Shown: piece by piece, positions 12,170-24,787 of the stretch | Numbering within the stretch: the first letter of the stretch is position 1 | How the letters are laid out: every line of letters starts with the position of its first letter | Assembly (NCBI RefSeq): GCF_020745735.1 | Contig: NC_083409.1 | Span: 9,723,534 to 9,787,533 of the forward strand | Length of the DNA: 64,000 nucleotides | Origin: Hemiscyllium ocellatum | Taxonomy: Eukaryota | Reading direction: 5' to 3' | The notes under the pieces: generated by a model | The model's input: the letters and a program-made list of their open reading frames with translations, nothing else | Told to the model about the DNA's origin: nothing | The model's database searches: none | Translations under genes and position numbers: made by a program

Positions 12170-15100
12170 TGACTGTCTGACTCTATAAACACTACCTACA
12201 AAGCTGCCTAACTTTGTGTCATTAGCAAACTAGAGTATCTGACTTTCTATGCCATTATCCAAGGCATTAATAAATAATGTAAATAATTGAGGTGTGTGCA
12301 CACATTCCTATTGGACACCACTGGTCACATCCTGCCAATTTCAGCATTTATCCATGATCCCTATTTTCTGTCACCTGTCACTCAACCAATTTCGGTATGG
12401 CAGTATTTTAGCCTCAATTCTGTGGATTTCTAACTGAGTTGACAGTTTCTTACATGGGATTTTATCAAATGCCTTCTGGAAGTCCCTATAAACAACATCC
12501 ATTGACATTACTGTGTCCAGTAATTTTGTTTCCTCTTCAAAAATGTTCAATGAGGTTTTTCACCATGACCAACTTGTCATGAATCCATGCTGACTCTCCC
12601 TGATTAACTGACCATTTTCAAGGTCTTCAGTTACCCCTATCCTTGATTATAGACTATAACAATTTCCACACCACAAACGTTGGCTTGGTGACCTGTAATT
12701 CCCTGGCTTTTCTCTAACATCCTTGTTAAATGTGAAATGAAATTTGCAATTTTCCAATTCAGAGGTACGACTCCTGAATCCAGGTAACTCTGAAAGATTA
12801 TAGTCAGAGTGTCTGCAATGTGGTCTATGACTACTTTATCACCCTCAGGTCCTGAGGATTTGTTTCTCGTTCGTTCCATTATTTTCCTTATTACACATGG
12901 TATATTGACATTAACTTTATTCATGTGACACAGTGGTTAGCACTGCTGCCTCACAGCACCAGAGTCACAGGGTCAATTCCAGCCTTGGGCAACTGCCTGT
13001 GGGGAGTTTGCACATTGTCTGCACGGATTTCCTCCTACTATCCAAAGATGTGCAGGTCAGGTGAATTGGCCATACTAAATTGCCCATAGTGTCAGGTGCA
13101 TTAGTCAGAGGGAAAATGGGTCTGGGTGGGTTACACTTCGGAGGGTCGGTGTGGACTGGTTGGGCCAAAAGGCATGTTTGCACACTGCAGGGAATCTAAT
13201 CAGTCCCTGACACAGATCCTCTGTTAATTCCTTTGGGACTTCAGGCAAGTCCTCTTCCTTTTCTGCTGCAAATCTTGAGGTAAAGTATTTATTTAACATG
13301 GCTGTCATTTCCCCATTGTCACTAACAGTATCCCTCATTTTCAATCTTTAACAACCAGCTTTGCTCCTGACCTCCCAGCTTCCCTGTTATGGAACTGTAA
13401 CATTTCTCCTCATTTATTTTGTTATCCCTTACATGTTTCCTTTCAGAATCCCTTCTGGTCGCTCTTAGAAGCTGATATGTGGCTCTTTTGTATCCTTCCC
13501 ATTCAGCAGAATCTGTCCTTATTTTTTGCTTTTCTGTAAGCCTTCTTTAAACATTTTATTCTTTCCCTTATCTCTTTAATTGACCATTGTTGTTTGTTCG
13601 CTTTTCCCTCTCAGGTATAAACTGGCTTTGTTTTGTGTTGAATGTTCCTTTAAATATTCCCCACTGTTCTTCAGTTGTTTTACCCATGAGCAGATTTTCC
13701 CAGTTTACTGTGGACAGTCTCTGTCGCATCTCGTTAAAGTCGGCCTTAACGTAATCTCAAATTCTAGCAGCTGATTCATGCTTTTTACTTTCAAATGCGA
13801 CACTGAACTCGATCATGTTATGGTCACTATTTGATTAATGTTCATGCACAAGTAGTTACGAACTAAATCTGGCTCATTATTCATTACTAATTCCAATATT
13901 GCTTGTCCCCTTGTTGTATCCAGGACCTATTGCTGTTGGAAACTATTCTGGACACACAGCAGCAATTCACTACCTTTCTGACAGAGGGCTTGTTTGTCTC
14001 CCAATCTAATTTAAAGTTAAACTTCACCATTAATAATACACTGGCTTTGCTGCACGCTTGTCTAATTTCTGTATATATACAATTCAGCACCCCATATCCA
14101 TCCTGTGAACCTTCTAACCCGATAGATATCGTTCCCAATCTGAATGATTCTGCAACTATGGCTCAGTAATTGATCCGATACCACAATCTTAAATTTGAAT
14201 TTGTGCCTGCAGATTATTGTATTTATTCCTTACGCTCCGTGCATTCGGATATAGAACTCTTATTTGGTCCATTCACTGGAATCTGTTCCTCAGCACTGAT
14301 GCTGTATTCACCTCTTTCTTATTTCTCTCCATCTGTCTAATCAATATCCTTCTGATAGCTTTCCTGATATTGTCCAAATAGGGCCTTTTGCCGATTTTTG
14401 TTGATGTTGTTGGTCCCAACACAGACAACAACAACTGGATCCTCAACCACCCCCACCCCTCCACACCCCCAGGTCTGTTATAATTAAAAGCCGGCTCAAG
14501 ATGCCCTTACCTTGAAACCAGGCAGGAAACACACCATGTGGGGCTCTCAATCCTGCTCACAAAGGATGCTATCAGTTCCCCTCATTATCAATACCTCTCT
14601 TTTCTTTGTGCTCCCCCAATCTGAGTGGTCTCCTGGACCATGGTGCAGTGGTTTCCTTCGTTCATTCATAGGAAATGGACATCTCTGGCCAAGCCAGCAA
14701 TGACTGTCCGTAGGAGTCATCGAATTATAGAATCCATACCGTGTGAAACAGGCCATTCAGACCAATGAGTCCACACCAACATTCTGAAGAGCATCCCACC
14801 CAGACTTGTCTCCCTACCTTATCCCTGTAAATCTGCTTATCCCATGGCTAATGCACCTCACCTTCACATCCCTACATTTTCCCCAGTTTAGACATTATAA
14901 TTTCTGCTCTATCTTTATCTTTTTATATAATGACTTTGAAACTTACAGAGTTATGGTCACTATCACCAAAATCCTCAAACGACATTTGCCCATTCTCCGG
15001 ACAATCCTTTTCCTCATTGACACAGGGAGCATGTACCTCATTCCTGTTGGACAAGGAGCTGAGGCACCTGTAAGGCTAAATCCAGGCTGCATCGGCCTGT

Positions 15101-15400
15101 TCACTTTTGGTCACACCCTCCTGTCCCTGACCACTGGCCATAATTTGAAGTATTTAACCTACAAGGTGTGACTGTCTCCCCAAACACAGTGTCCAGGTAA
15201 CTCTCCCCCTCCCTGATGTGTCGCAGTGTTTGAAGCTCAGATTCCAGCTCATCAACTCTGAGCTGGAGTGCCTTGAGCAACCAACACTTGCTGTAGATGT
15301 GGTCACTCTGAGCTACAATGGGCTCCACCAGCTTCCCCATCGTACAATTACTACACATCGCCCGGCCCTGTATGTGGAAATTATTTGAGGAGATTTTAAT
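12170..15400 (-). mobile_element. Fragmented CR1 LINE including ORF1 remnant
   Basis: RT fragments at 12170-12880. ORF1 zinc finger/coiled coil MCSNC...CSKC-like ALQLRVDELESEL at 15101-15358 and an esterase remnant near 14560. Confidence 0.8.
12926..13202 (+). mobile_element. HE1-type SINE
   Basis: Same head, V-domain and AATCT tail as 383-689, more diverged. Confidence 0.85.
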
Positions 15401-17422
15401 TTATATTTTAAAATTTGCTGCTGGTCTTTAGTTTTTAATCTGTAAAATATTTCCGTCCAGGAGACAGAGAATGTGCCAGCACAGGAGGAGGCTGTTCAGC
15501 CCCTCGTGTCAGTGCTAGCTGTTTACGAGCCTCAATCACAATGAACATCTCCATTGAATGTCTGTTGTCAGGAAGTGATTGAGTCTGTTTTTAGAGACAG
15601 AGTAACGGACAAATATGAACTGGTCCGAGAGAATCAGCATGGATTGACAAAGGTTCAGACATCTTTAACTAACCGGGTTACACTTTGTTCGGCGCTCACT
15701 AGTGTGGGATATAAGGGAATGTCGATGGCTATTGTCTATAGGGAATTCCAAAAGATATTTAAGAATGTTCCACAAAAGAAACATTGATTCAGATCTTACA
15801 CTCCACAACCATCTGATGAAGGAGCAGTGCTCCAAACGCTGATGCTTCCCAACAAACCTGTTGCATTAGAACCTGGTGTTCTGTGATTTTTAACATTTAC
15901 ACGACAGTCCAACACCGGCATCTCCAAATCATGGAATTGGATGGAATTTGAGAAATGCATTTACCTTGGGTAGGAATGAGTCTGTCTAGGAGACAGAGAG
16001 GAAGGATAATGTGCGTGTGTTCCAATGAGCCAGATGTGAGTAGTGGTATTCCCAGGGATCTGTGCTGGGACCACAGCTTTTCACGATATTTCTCAGTGAC
16101 TTGGATGAAGAAACAGAGAGCCATATATCCAAGATTATTGATCACACTGAGTGAGGCAGCTTGGAGGAGGTCACAGAGATAGGGAGGGTGGAAGAACAGG
16201 GAGCAGATTGAGAACAAGGATGGGAATTTGAAAATCGAGGTGTTGCTGGACTAGGAGCTGATGTCAGTCAGCTAGGATTGTGTCGGTTATGGTGGGGTGG
16301 GGAGGCATGGACAGGAGTATGGGGTGGACTTGGTGTGAGTTTGAACACAGACAGCAGAGTTTGGAATGAGTTGATGTTTACGGAAGTCAGTGGCTGTGAT
16401 GTGGGCCTGGATAACATTGGAATGGTCTCAAAAACATGGTTGAGATTTTCAGTGGCTGATAATTATGATGTGGAGGATTTGGGCCTCAAATCAGCCCCAA
16501 AGATGAGGCCAAACTTGTAAAGAGTCTGGTAGAGCAGCAGACAGTGCTCAGGGAGAGGGATGGAGTTTGTACCGGGAGCTGAAGAGGATGGCTTTGATCT
16601 TCCCAATATGTTTCCCAGTGAGCCTGGCTCCTCAGTCCTGACTGCTCTTAGCTGCTGTGATTGTCACTGATTGGACACTTATTATTAGAGATTTTGACCA
16701 CAGCAGAAAGCCCCAGTGTAAAAAATAACTGCAAAGACTGTCAGAGCACAAGGTTGAAACTTCACCAAGAGAGGAAGTGAAAGAAGGAGCTCGGAGCAGT
16801 TGGGTGTTTGTTACTGAGACGGGAGAAAACTGAACCGTCTGCACTCCCTGGAATCTGACAGCACAGGAGGAGGCCATTCAGCCCATCATGCCTTTGAATG
16901 ACCCAGTTAATCCCACTGCTCCCCTCTCTCTCCCCGTAACCCAGCAAATCTTTCCTTTACCGCTCAATCTCCAATTCTCTCTTATCGACCTCATGTCCAC
17001 AGAGTGAGACTGCCCTTAACCTGGGCTTCAAATTAGCATCTCATTCATTCATTGGGAGACAAACTGCCTGGGCTGGGAAATGGAGCTCAGGATCCTGAAC
17101 ATTCCCTCTCCCCTCCTGAGGAACACTTCATTTGGTTTTGCATATTCACTTGTGGGAAGTGGGCTTCACCGGCTGGGCCAACATTTTTTACCCTGTCCCT
17201 AGTTGCCCTGGAGTAGGTGGTGGGAAGCTGCCATCTTGAATTGTTATCGTCCACAAGCTGTAAGATGACCCACAATGCCAGCATTTTAACCCAGCAAGGC
17301 TGAGGGATCAGCGACATATTTCCAAGTCAGGATGCTAAGCTTTTTCGAGGGGAACTTGCAGCTCAGTGTTCCCATGTATCTGCTGCTCTTGTTCTAAATG
17401 GAAGTGAACGTGGGTTGGAAGG

Positions 17423-17618
17423 GAAACCAAAAGAACTGCAGATGCTGTCAATCCGAGACAAAAATAGAAAGTGCTGGAAAAGCTCAGCAGGTCTGGCAGC
17501 ATCTGTGAAGAGAAATCAGAGTTAATATTTCATGCTCAACCAGAAATGTCAATTCTGATTTCTCTCCAAGATGCTGCCAGACCTGCTGAGCTTTTCCTGC
17601 AATTTTTATTTTTGTCCA
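17423..17618. mobile_element. Related palindromic element
   Basis: Inverted arms AAAAGCTCAGCAGGTCTGGCAGCATCT / AGATGCTGCCAGACCTGCTGAGCTTTT. Flanked by TGGGTT(T)GGAAGG on both sides. Confidence 0.75.
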
Positions 17619-17949
17619 TGGGTTTGGAAGGTGCTACCTGAAGATCGGTGATGAATTTCTGCAGTGCATCTTATCGATAATACACACTGCTGCTATGGAG
17701 CGTCAGTGACGGTGAGTTTGGATGTTTTGAGAATGTGATGCCAATCAAGGAGTTTGCTTTGCTCTGGATGGTATCAAGTTTTTTGAGTGGATAAGAAAGA
17801 CATAGGATACAATAGACATAGATAGGAAAGATTTCAAGGGATATGTGTGAAATGCAGGCAAATAAGATGAGTTCACTTCAGAAAACCTGGTCAGCGTGTA
17901 GAAGTTTGGCTTAAGGGTTTGTTTCTGTGCTGCATGACTCTGTGACACT

Positions 17950-19270
17950 ATCAATCTATGAATGTTGTTGGAGCTGCACCTGTCCAGGCAAGTGGGGAGT
18001 ATTTGCTCACACTCCTGACTTGGTTGACAGGCTTTGGGGGGATCAGGAGGTGAGTTACTGGATGCAGTATTCGTAGCCTCTAACTTGCTCTTGTAACCAC
18101 TGTGTTTCTTTGGTGAATCGAGTTGTGTTTCTGGTCAATGGCACCTCAAGAATGTTCATAGTGGGGATTCAGTGATGGTAATAGCATTGATTATCAAGGG
18201 GCTATGTTTAGATTGTCTCTTATTGGTGATGGTGATTGGCTGGCATTTGCATGGCACCAATGGGAAATGTCACTTCTCAGACAAAACCTGGATATTGTCC
18301 AGATATTGTTGCATTTGCACGTGGACTGCGTCAGTATCTGAGGAGTTGGGAAGAGTGCTGAGCATTGTGCAATATGAGTTTGCCTTGAGTTGCAATATCT
18401 GTTTGGAGTCTGTCCTATTTAGTACGGTGATAGTACCACACAACACAATGGAGGGGATTCTCAATGTGAAGGTCAGACTTTGTTTCCACAAGGACTGTGT
18501 GATGGTCACTCTTACCAATACTGTCAAGGACAGATGCATCTACAGCCACAAGATTGGTGAGGATGGGGTCAAGCATCTTTTTCCATCTTTTGGTTCCAGC
18601 TGCAGAGCCAGTCCCTCAGCTACATCCATGAGGAACCAACCAGCTCGATCAGTAATGCTGCTGCCGAGCCACTCTCAGTGGTAGACATTGAAACCCCCCA
18701 TCCAGTGTACACTCTCTGCTGTCATCACCCTCAGTGCTTCCTCCAAATGTTGTTCAACATCCAGGAGAGACTGATTCATCAGCCCAGGGAGCAAGATATC
18801 TTGTAATCACCAGGAGGTTTCCTCGCCCATGTTTAACCTGGTGTCATGAGTCTTTATAGGGTCCAGACCCAACTTTGAGACTTCCCAGGGTAACTCCCTT
18901 CTGGCTGCAGACCACTGTGTCATCAGCTCTGCTGGGTCTGCCTTTCTGGTGGGACAGGACACATGTAGGGACAGTGATGGTGGTGTCTGGGACATTGTCT
19001 GTAAGGTGTGGTTCTGTGAGTATGGCTGTGTCAGGCTGTTGCTTGAGTCATCTGTGAGACAGCTCTCCTGAATTTGGCACTAGCTCCCAGATGTCAATAA
19101 GGAGGATGGAGCAGGGTAGACAGGGCTGTTTCTGTCATTGTCTTTTCGGTGTCTAGATCGATGCCTGTGGTCCGTCCGGTCTCATTTCTTTGTTGAAACA
19201 TTGTCATAATTGATACAACTGAGAGCCTTGCTCGGCCATTTCAGAGGGCACTAGAGAGTCAACCACATTG
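17950..19270 (-). mobile_element. CR1/L2-like LINE fragment; related copies at ~46640-47300 (+), ~48690-48810, ~61960-62045 and ~63340-63830 (-)
   Basis: Endonuclease-like WVGDFNVH in the related copy at ~48700, RT-like FDGVWHQG at ~46750 and QQYLDNIQ. Direct DNA similarity 18841-19270 vs 63340-63760. Confidence 0.7.
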
Positions 19271-20099
19271 CTAGAGGACAGTGCCGTGTACCCCGGCAGT
19301 ACATTCCGACCGCCCCCACTTCCCCATTCTGTATATGGAAGGCGGAAGCCTGCCAGCAGGATATTCACCCGCAGGAGCTATCACAGCCCGTGCGCAATTC
19401 TGTCCCCACATTAAATCCACACAAATCTTGAATTCACATAGCAACTTCAATGTCCAAACATTCCAAGAATGTTCACAAAATTGCAGTAAGAGGGATGGGG
19501 GAGAGGGTGGAGGAACATAAGAACTAGGAGCAGGAGCAGGCAATTCAGCCCCTCGAGCCCGCTCCACCATTTAATACAATCATGGCTGATCCCATCTCAG
19601 ACTCAACTCCACTTTCCTGCCCACTCTCCATCATCCTTTAACCCATTACCCATTAAATATCTGTCCATCTCCTCCTTGGTGTGAGACAGGGAAGGGACCA
19701 CTCCATTTCAGAAAAGACTGACCATGGAAGGGGAAGGAGAGGGGAAAGGATTGGAACATGTTGTGAATGGACAGGATGGGTCAGTGGGTCAGAGCCTCTC
19801 CTGTCTCCCCTCCAACTCGCGCTGATGATCTGAGGATCTCCTCTCTCTGCTAGGCCTTCATGGAATGAGCTTTGTGTCCAAATCAGTCCCCAGTGAGAAT
19901 AGGCCAACAGCACAGAACTGCACAGAACTGCCCTTCATTTGACCAGAATCTGTCCATCTTCCTGAGAGAGGCCAAACCCGGTCAACGTGGAAATAGGGCC
20001 TTACTCCAGAAGAAGACAGGGGTCAAGGGTTAACATCCATTAGTGGGGCAGAGTAGAGGGAGATTTATCCTGCATTCAACTGTCACCACCCAGGACACT

Positions 20100-20820
20100 G
20101 TCAGAAAGAGAGAGCAGTGAGGCAGAGAGAGAGAGAGATGGAGGGAAAAATAGTGTGTGTGTGTGTGTGTGTGTGAGTGAGAGAGAGAGAGAAAGAAAGA
20201 AAGTGAAAGAGAGAGAGAGATAGAGGGACGAGCATCTGATATGGTGTAAGATATGTGAGGGAACCGAGAGAGGTAGATGGAGGTAAAAATGGTGAGGTTG
20301 AGGGATAGAGAGAGAAACAAGATGTGAGACAGTGTGACTGAGAGGGATGGAGAGAGACAAAGAGACAAGGGGAGAGAGAGAGAGAGTGAGAGACAGGATG
20401 GGTGTGAGACTAAGCATGAAGAGAGTTGAAAGGGAGGGTAGGGTTGAGTGTGAGAGAGAGAGATGAGTATGGGTAGATTTATAATGACAGAGAGAGACGG
20501 AGAGAGAATGTAAATTGGGAAGTAGAGAGGGAAGGAGAGAGAAAGAGGGAGGAATAGAGAGTGACAGATAACAATTGGAGGCTTTTATTGAAGTGAGAGA
20601 GGGAACGAGTAACAGAGACAGTGAGAGATGGAGAAACAGATGATAAGATGGAGTGAGAAAGCATCAGTGAGTTGGAGAGAGTGGCTATGAGACAGAGTGT
20701 GTGTGTATGTGTGAGAGAGAGGGAGAGAGAGAGAGAACATGAAAGAGATTAACAGTGGAAGAGAGAGATAGAGGTAGAGAGAAAGAAATGGCAGATGTGA
20801 GTCAGAGAGAGAGGGACAGG
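20100..20820 (+). repeat. Purine-rich (GA)n/(GT)n low-complexity tract
   Basis: Interrupted GA and GT dinucleotide runs over ~700 nt. This tract generates the spurious Ser/Leu ORFs on the minus strand. Confidence 0.95.
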
Positions 20821-21855
20821 TCCTGGTCACCACACTCTGGGAAGAATGTGATTGTACCTGAGAGGGTACAGGGGAGATTTCCCAGGATGCTGCCTGAATG
20901 TGAGCTTTGAGCAGTGAAGGCTTAAAAGGGACCTGATAGAGAGAGATAAGATTATTCAGGACAGTGATAGGGTGGGTAGGATGGCACTTTTTACATGAGT
21001 AAAGGACTTAATAACCTGGTACAGAGATTGAAGGTAACACAGACATGGACACGTAGAAACTTGGAGCAGCAGTAGGCCATTCGGCCCTTTGAGTCTGCTC
21101 TGTCATTCAGTATGATCATGGCTGTATCAATTTTTGAATGTCATCATTTCTTCGAGGGTCGGTGTGGGCTTGTCGGGCCAAATGGCCTGTTTCCACACTG
21201 TAGGCATTCTATGATCTATGGCTGATCCTCTCTCTCAAAGCCATATTCCTGCCTTCTCCCCATTCTCTTCAAGCTGTTAAAATGTAAAACAATTATCTCT
21301 CTCTTTTTCTTGAATATATTCAGTTCCTTGTCCTCCACAGCCTTCAGTGGTAGAGAATTCCACAGGTTGACCACCCTCTGAGTGAAGAAATATTTCCTCA
21401 TCTCAGTCCTAAATGGTCTACCCCGTACCTCCCTTAAACTGTGTTCCCTGGTTCCAGACTCCCCAACCAGGGGAAACCTCCTCCCTGCCCAGCCCTGTTA
21501 CAATTTTATATCTTTCAATCAGATCCCCTCTTATCGTTCTGAACACGAGTGAGTCCATGGCCAGGCGAGTTCGAGAGTTGGAGAGTGAGAGGAGAGTTGA
21601 GAAGAAATGCTCTCACCCAGAGGGTGGTGGGAGTCTGGAACTCACTGCCTGAAAGGCTGGTTGAGTCAGAAAATCTCGTGACATTGGAGCAGTGTTTAGA
21701 TATTCCCTTGTGTTGTTGTAACCTCCAGGGTAACGGGCCAAGAGCTGGAGGATGGGATTAGTGTCATCAGATCTTTGTTTACCAGCACAGACACAATGGG
21801 CCAAATGGCCTCATTCAGTGCTATTCACATCAATGCCTCTGAGACAGAGAGAGAG

Positions 21856-21954
21856 AAGAGGAAGTGTGAGGGGCTGACGTGGCTCTCTCTGCCTGATGCC
21901 ATTTACATACTGAGGAACACCCAGTGAGACTCTCACAGGCTGCAGCTTTATAAA
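21856..21954 (+). promoter_or_regulatory. Ig light-chain V promoter: ETS/PU.1-like site, CRE/UPRE-like site, variant octamer, TATA box
   Basis: AAGAGGAAGTG 21856-21866, TGACGTGG 21875-21882, ATTTACAT 21901-21908 (one mismatch to octamer ATTTGCAT) and TATAAA 21949-21954, all 60-160 nt upstream of the leader ATG. The octamer-then-TATA layout is the known IgL promoter arrangement. Factor assignments are motif-based only. Confidence 0.75.
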
Positions 21955-22014
21955 GCAGAGCCCAGTGAAGGGAGAGTTTATCAGGAACCAGGCACAGGGA
22001 CAGGAGCACACACC

Positions 22015-22063
22015 ATGATTTCACACATCCAGTTAATTTGGCCCCTGGCATTCTGTGTTGCAG
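22015..22063 (+). CDS. IGKV: Ig kappa-type light chain, leader exon (MISHIQLIWPLAFCVA-G)
   Basis: CACCATG Kozak context, 16 codons plus 1 nt encoding a hydrophobic signal peptide, then phase-1 donor G|GTACAA. A 186-nt intron follows, ending at acceptor CCCCTCAG| (22249). Confidence 0.9.
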
Positions 22064-22249
22064 GTACAAATCTCTCTCCTTCCACCTTGAATCTTTAGCT
22101 GCTCTCCATTTCACTCCAATTCCACTGACTTGTGATTGAAGGGAAAATGCTGAAACCAGAGGAATGCTCAGTGTCTCCAACAATCTCTCATTTGACAGGC
22201 TCTTTCTGTGACAGTTCTGACTGCATTGTGTTTCTCTCTGACCCCTCAG

Positions 22250-22579
22250 GTATCAGTGGGGACATCAGCATGACCCAGTCTCCCCCGGTGCTGTCAGTGG
22301 GACTGGGCCAGACCACAACCATCAGCTGTAAGGCCAGTCAAAGCATTAGCATCAACCTTGCTTGGTACCAGCAGCGAGAAGGTCAGAAACCCTCTCTCCT
22401 GATCTACAATGCAGCAACTCGATTCACAGGAGTCTCCGATCGATTCACCGGCAGTGGATCAGGGACCAGTTTCACCCTGAAAATCAGCAACATTCAGAAT
22501 GAGGATGTCGCTGACTATTACTGTCAGCAGTATTACCGCTACCCTTTTACGTTCGGCAAAGGAACCAAGCTCAGACTGA
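22250..22579 (+). CDS. IGKV: Ig kappa-type light chain, pre-joined V-J exon ([12 protein letters not shown]...C...WYQQ...[22 protein letters not shown])
   Basis: Both V-domain Cys, WYQQ, the DxADYYC motif and the J motif FGKG are in one open frame. There is no RSS or intervening DNA between V and J. The exon ends at a perfect phase-1 donor CTG A|GTAAGT. The 330-nt length preserves phase with the leader and C exons. Confidence 0.95.
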
Positions 22580-22944
22580 GTAAGTAAACCTCAATCCTCT
22601 GTTATTAACCCTGTCAATACTGAAACATGGTAAAATACAGTTACTGATTTGTTGAAGGTGTTAGTGGGGAGCTGCAGTGAATGAAATGGTTGATTGAGGA
22701 GCACTGTGTCTAACAGGGTGTCCAGCTGTATTTCTTTACTTTCATGCCCTCTTTAAAAAAAACAAGATATAAGTCAGTCAGTTTTACTCACTGTGTGGAG
22801 GAGCTCTGTCCATTTGCAGCCTGTGGTCCCATTCCTGCAGCATGGAGTGAAATCAGTGAGTAGCCTCCTGCCAGTCTCAGTGTGACAGACCCGAGTTTGA
22901 TGTGAGCTCTTGCTCCCTGTCCCAGTCTCTGATCTCAATGACCT

Positions 22945-22977
<33 letters not shown>
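22945..22977 (+). repeat. (CAG)11 microsatellite in the J-C intron
   Basis: Eleven uninterrupted CAG units. Confidence 0.95.
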
Positions 22978-22979
<2 letters not shown>

Positions 22980-24575
22980 CAGTGAGACACCGAGCTCCCA
23001 CCTCCCCCAGCTTTAACTCTGCTCAATCACACAATCGCAGAACTGTTACAGTACAAAAAGAGGCCATTCCGTCCATCCTGTCTGGACTAGCTCTCCGATT
23101 GAGTAATTCACTGAGTGTCATTCTCCTGCCTTCTCCCTGCCACCCTGCACATTGTTCCTTTTCAACTAACATTCTCATTCCCTTCGGAATGTTTTAATTG
23201 AAGCTGCCTCCACCACACTCTCAGGCAGTGCATTCCACACCTTAACCACCCACTGGCTGAAAATGTTATTCCCCATCTCACTTTTGTTACTTTTCCAATT
23301 ACTTTCAATCTGTGGCCTCTCGGTCTCAATCCTTTCACAAGTGGAATCATTTTCTCCCTATTCTCTGTTCCAGGCCTCTCCTGATTTTGAATTTCTGGAA
23401 CAATTCTCCTCGCTGCCTTCTCCAAAAACTTGGAGGTGCCGATGTTGGACTGGGGTGGACAAAGTTAAAAATCACACAACACCAGGAAGCTAGTGCTTCC
23501 ACATTAACCTGTTGGACTATAACCTGAAGTTGTGTGATCTGTAACTTTCTCCAAAGAAGACAGTCCCAAATTCTCCAATCTATCTTCATAACCGATATTC
23601 CTCATCCCTGGAATGATCTTTGTGCATATGTTTGCCAGCTCCACAAAACATTCACCTCTTTCCTGCATTATTCACATTATTTATGTCCCTCATGATTTTA
23701 TAAACCTCTATAAGGTCACTCCTCAACCTCCGGCACTTCAGGGTAAAAGATCTCAGCTTTTCCAGCCTCTAATGGTCACGGAGTCATACAGCGTGGAAAC
23801 AGGTCTTTCAGTCTAACGTCTCCATGCTAACTAGATATCCAAAACTGACCTCATCCCATTTGCCAGCATTTAGCCCACATTCCTCTAAACACTTCCTATT
23901 CATGTACCCATCCAAACATCTTTTAAATGCTATAATTGTATCCGTCTCCAGGACTTTTTCTGACAGCTCGATCAATGCACTCACCACCCTCTGTGTGACA
24001 AGTTACCCCTCAGGTCCCTTTTGGATCTTTTGCCTCTCATCTTAAACCTATACCCTCGAGTTTTGGATTCCCTTTCCCATGGCAAAGACCTGGGATGTAC
24101 ACCCTGTCCATGCCCGTCATGATTTTATAAACATCTATAAGGCCACCCCTCCGATCCTGCAGGAAAAATAACCCGTCTATTGAGCCTCTTCTGACAGCTC
24201 AAAGCCTCCAGTTCCAGGCAACATCCATGTAAATCTTTTCTGCAGAATTTTAAGTTTAACAGCATCCTTCCTATCACAGGATGATCAGAATTGTTCACAT
24301 TATTCCCAAATTTCCTGTACAGCTGCAAATGATGTCCCAACTCTGATACTTAGTGCAGTGACCAATAAAGGGAGTTAACCTTCATCTCCCTGTGACTGCA
24401 TTGTCAAGGAATAATGCCCCTACCCCTGCCCCTGCACCTGCCACTGCACCCCGAGGTCACTTTGTTGAGCAACACTCCACAGGGCCCCACCATTAACAGT
24501 ATAACTCCTGCCCTGGTTTGACTTGCCAAAATGCAACATCTCACATTTATCTAAATTGAACTCCATTTGTCACAC

Positions 24576-24787
24576 GTTTAGATCAGAGCGGTGCTGGAAA
24601 AGCGCAGCAGGTCAGGCAACATCCGAGGAGCAGGAAAATCGACGTTTCGGGCAAAAGTCCTTCATCAGGATTCCTCTCATCGAAACGTCGATTTTTCTGC
24701 TCCTCGGATGCTGCCTGACATGCTGTGCTTTTCCAGCACCACTCTGATCTAAAGTCTGGTTTCCAGCATCTGCAGTCCGCACTTTTG
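24576..24787. mobile_element. Palindromic Penelope-end element with TSD (family members at ~855-975, 5443-5531, 6712-6873, 7871-7980, 58247-58418)
   Basis: Inverted arms TGCTGGAAAAGCGCAGCAGGTCAGGCA.../...TGCCTGACATGCTGTGCTTTTCCAGCA. TSD TCCATTTG(T/C)CACAC at 24562-24575 and 24788-24801. Confidence 0.85.
24637..24672 (-). ncRNA. Minimal hammerhead motif in a palindromic element
   Basis: The minus strand reads AAUC-CUGAUGA-A-GGAC(UUUU)GCCC-GAAACGUC-GAUU. The core is intact with one stem II mismatch. Confidence 0.55.

Noticed and set aside
20030-20833. Ser/Leu-rich ORFs on the minus strand
   Set aside because: They are translations of (TC)n low-complexity DNA.
22132-22249. N-terminal part of ORF-track entry 22132..22587
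   Set aside because: It is leader-V intron read-through. The real start is the spliced leader at 22015.
22978-22984. CACAGTG heptamer right after the (CAG)11 run, ~400 nt downstream of J
   Set aside because: No nonamer-like sequence at 12-nt (CCCACCTCC) or 23-nt (CAGCTTTAA) spacing, so it is not an RSS.
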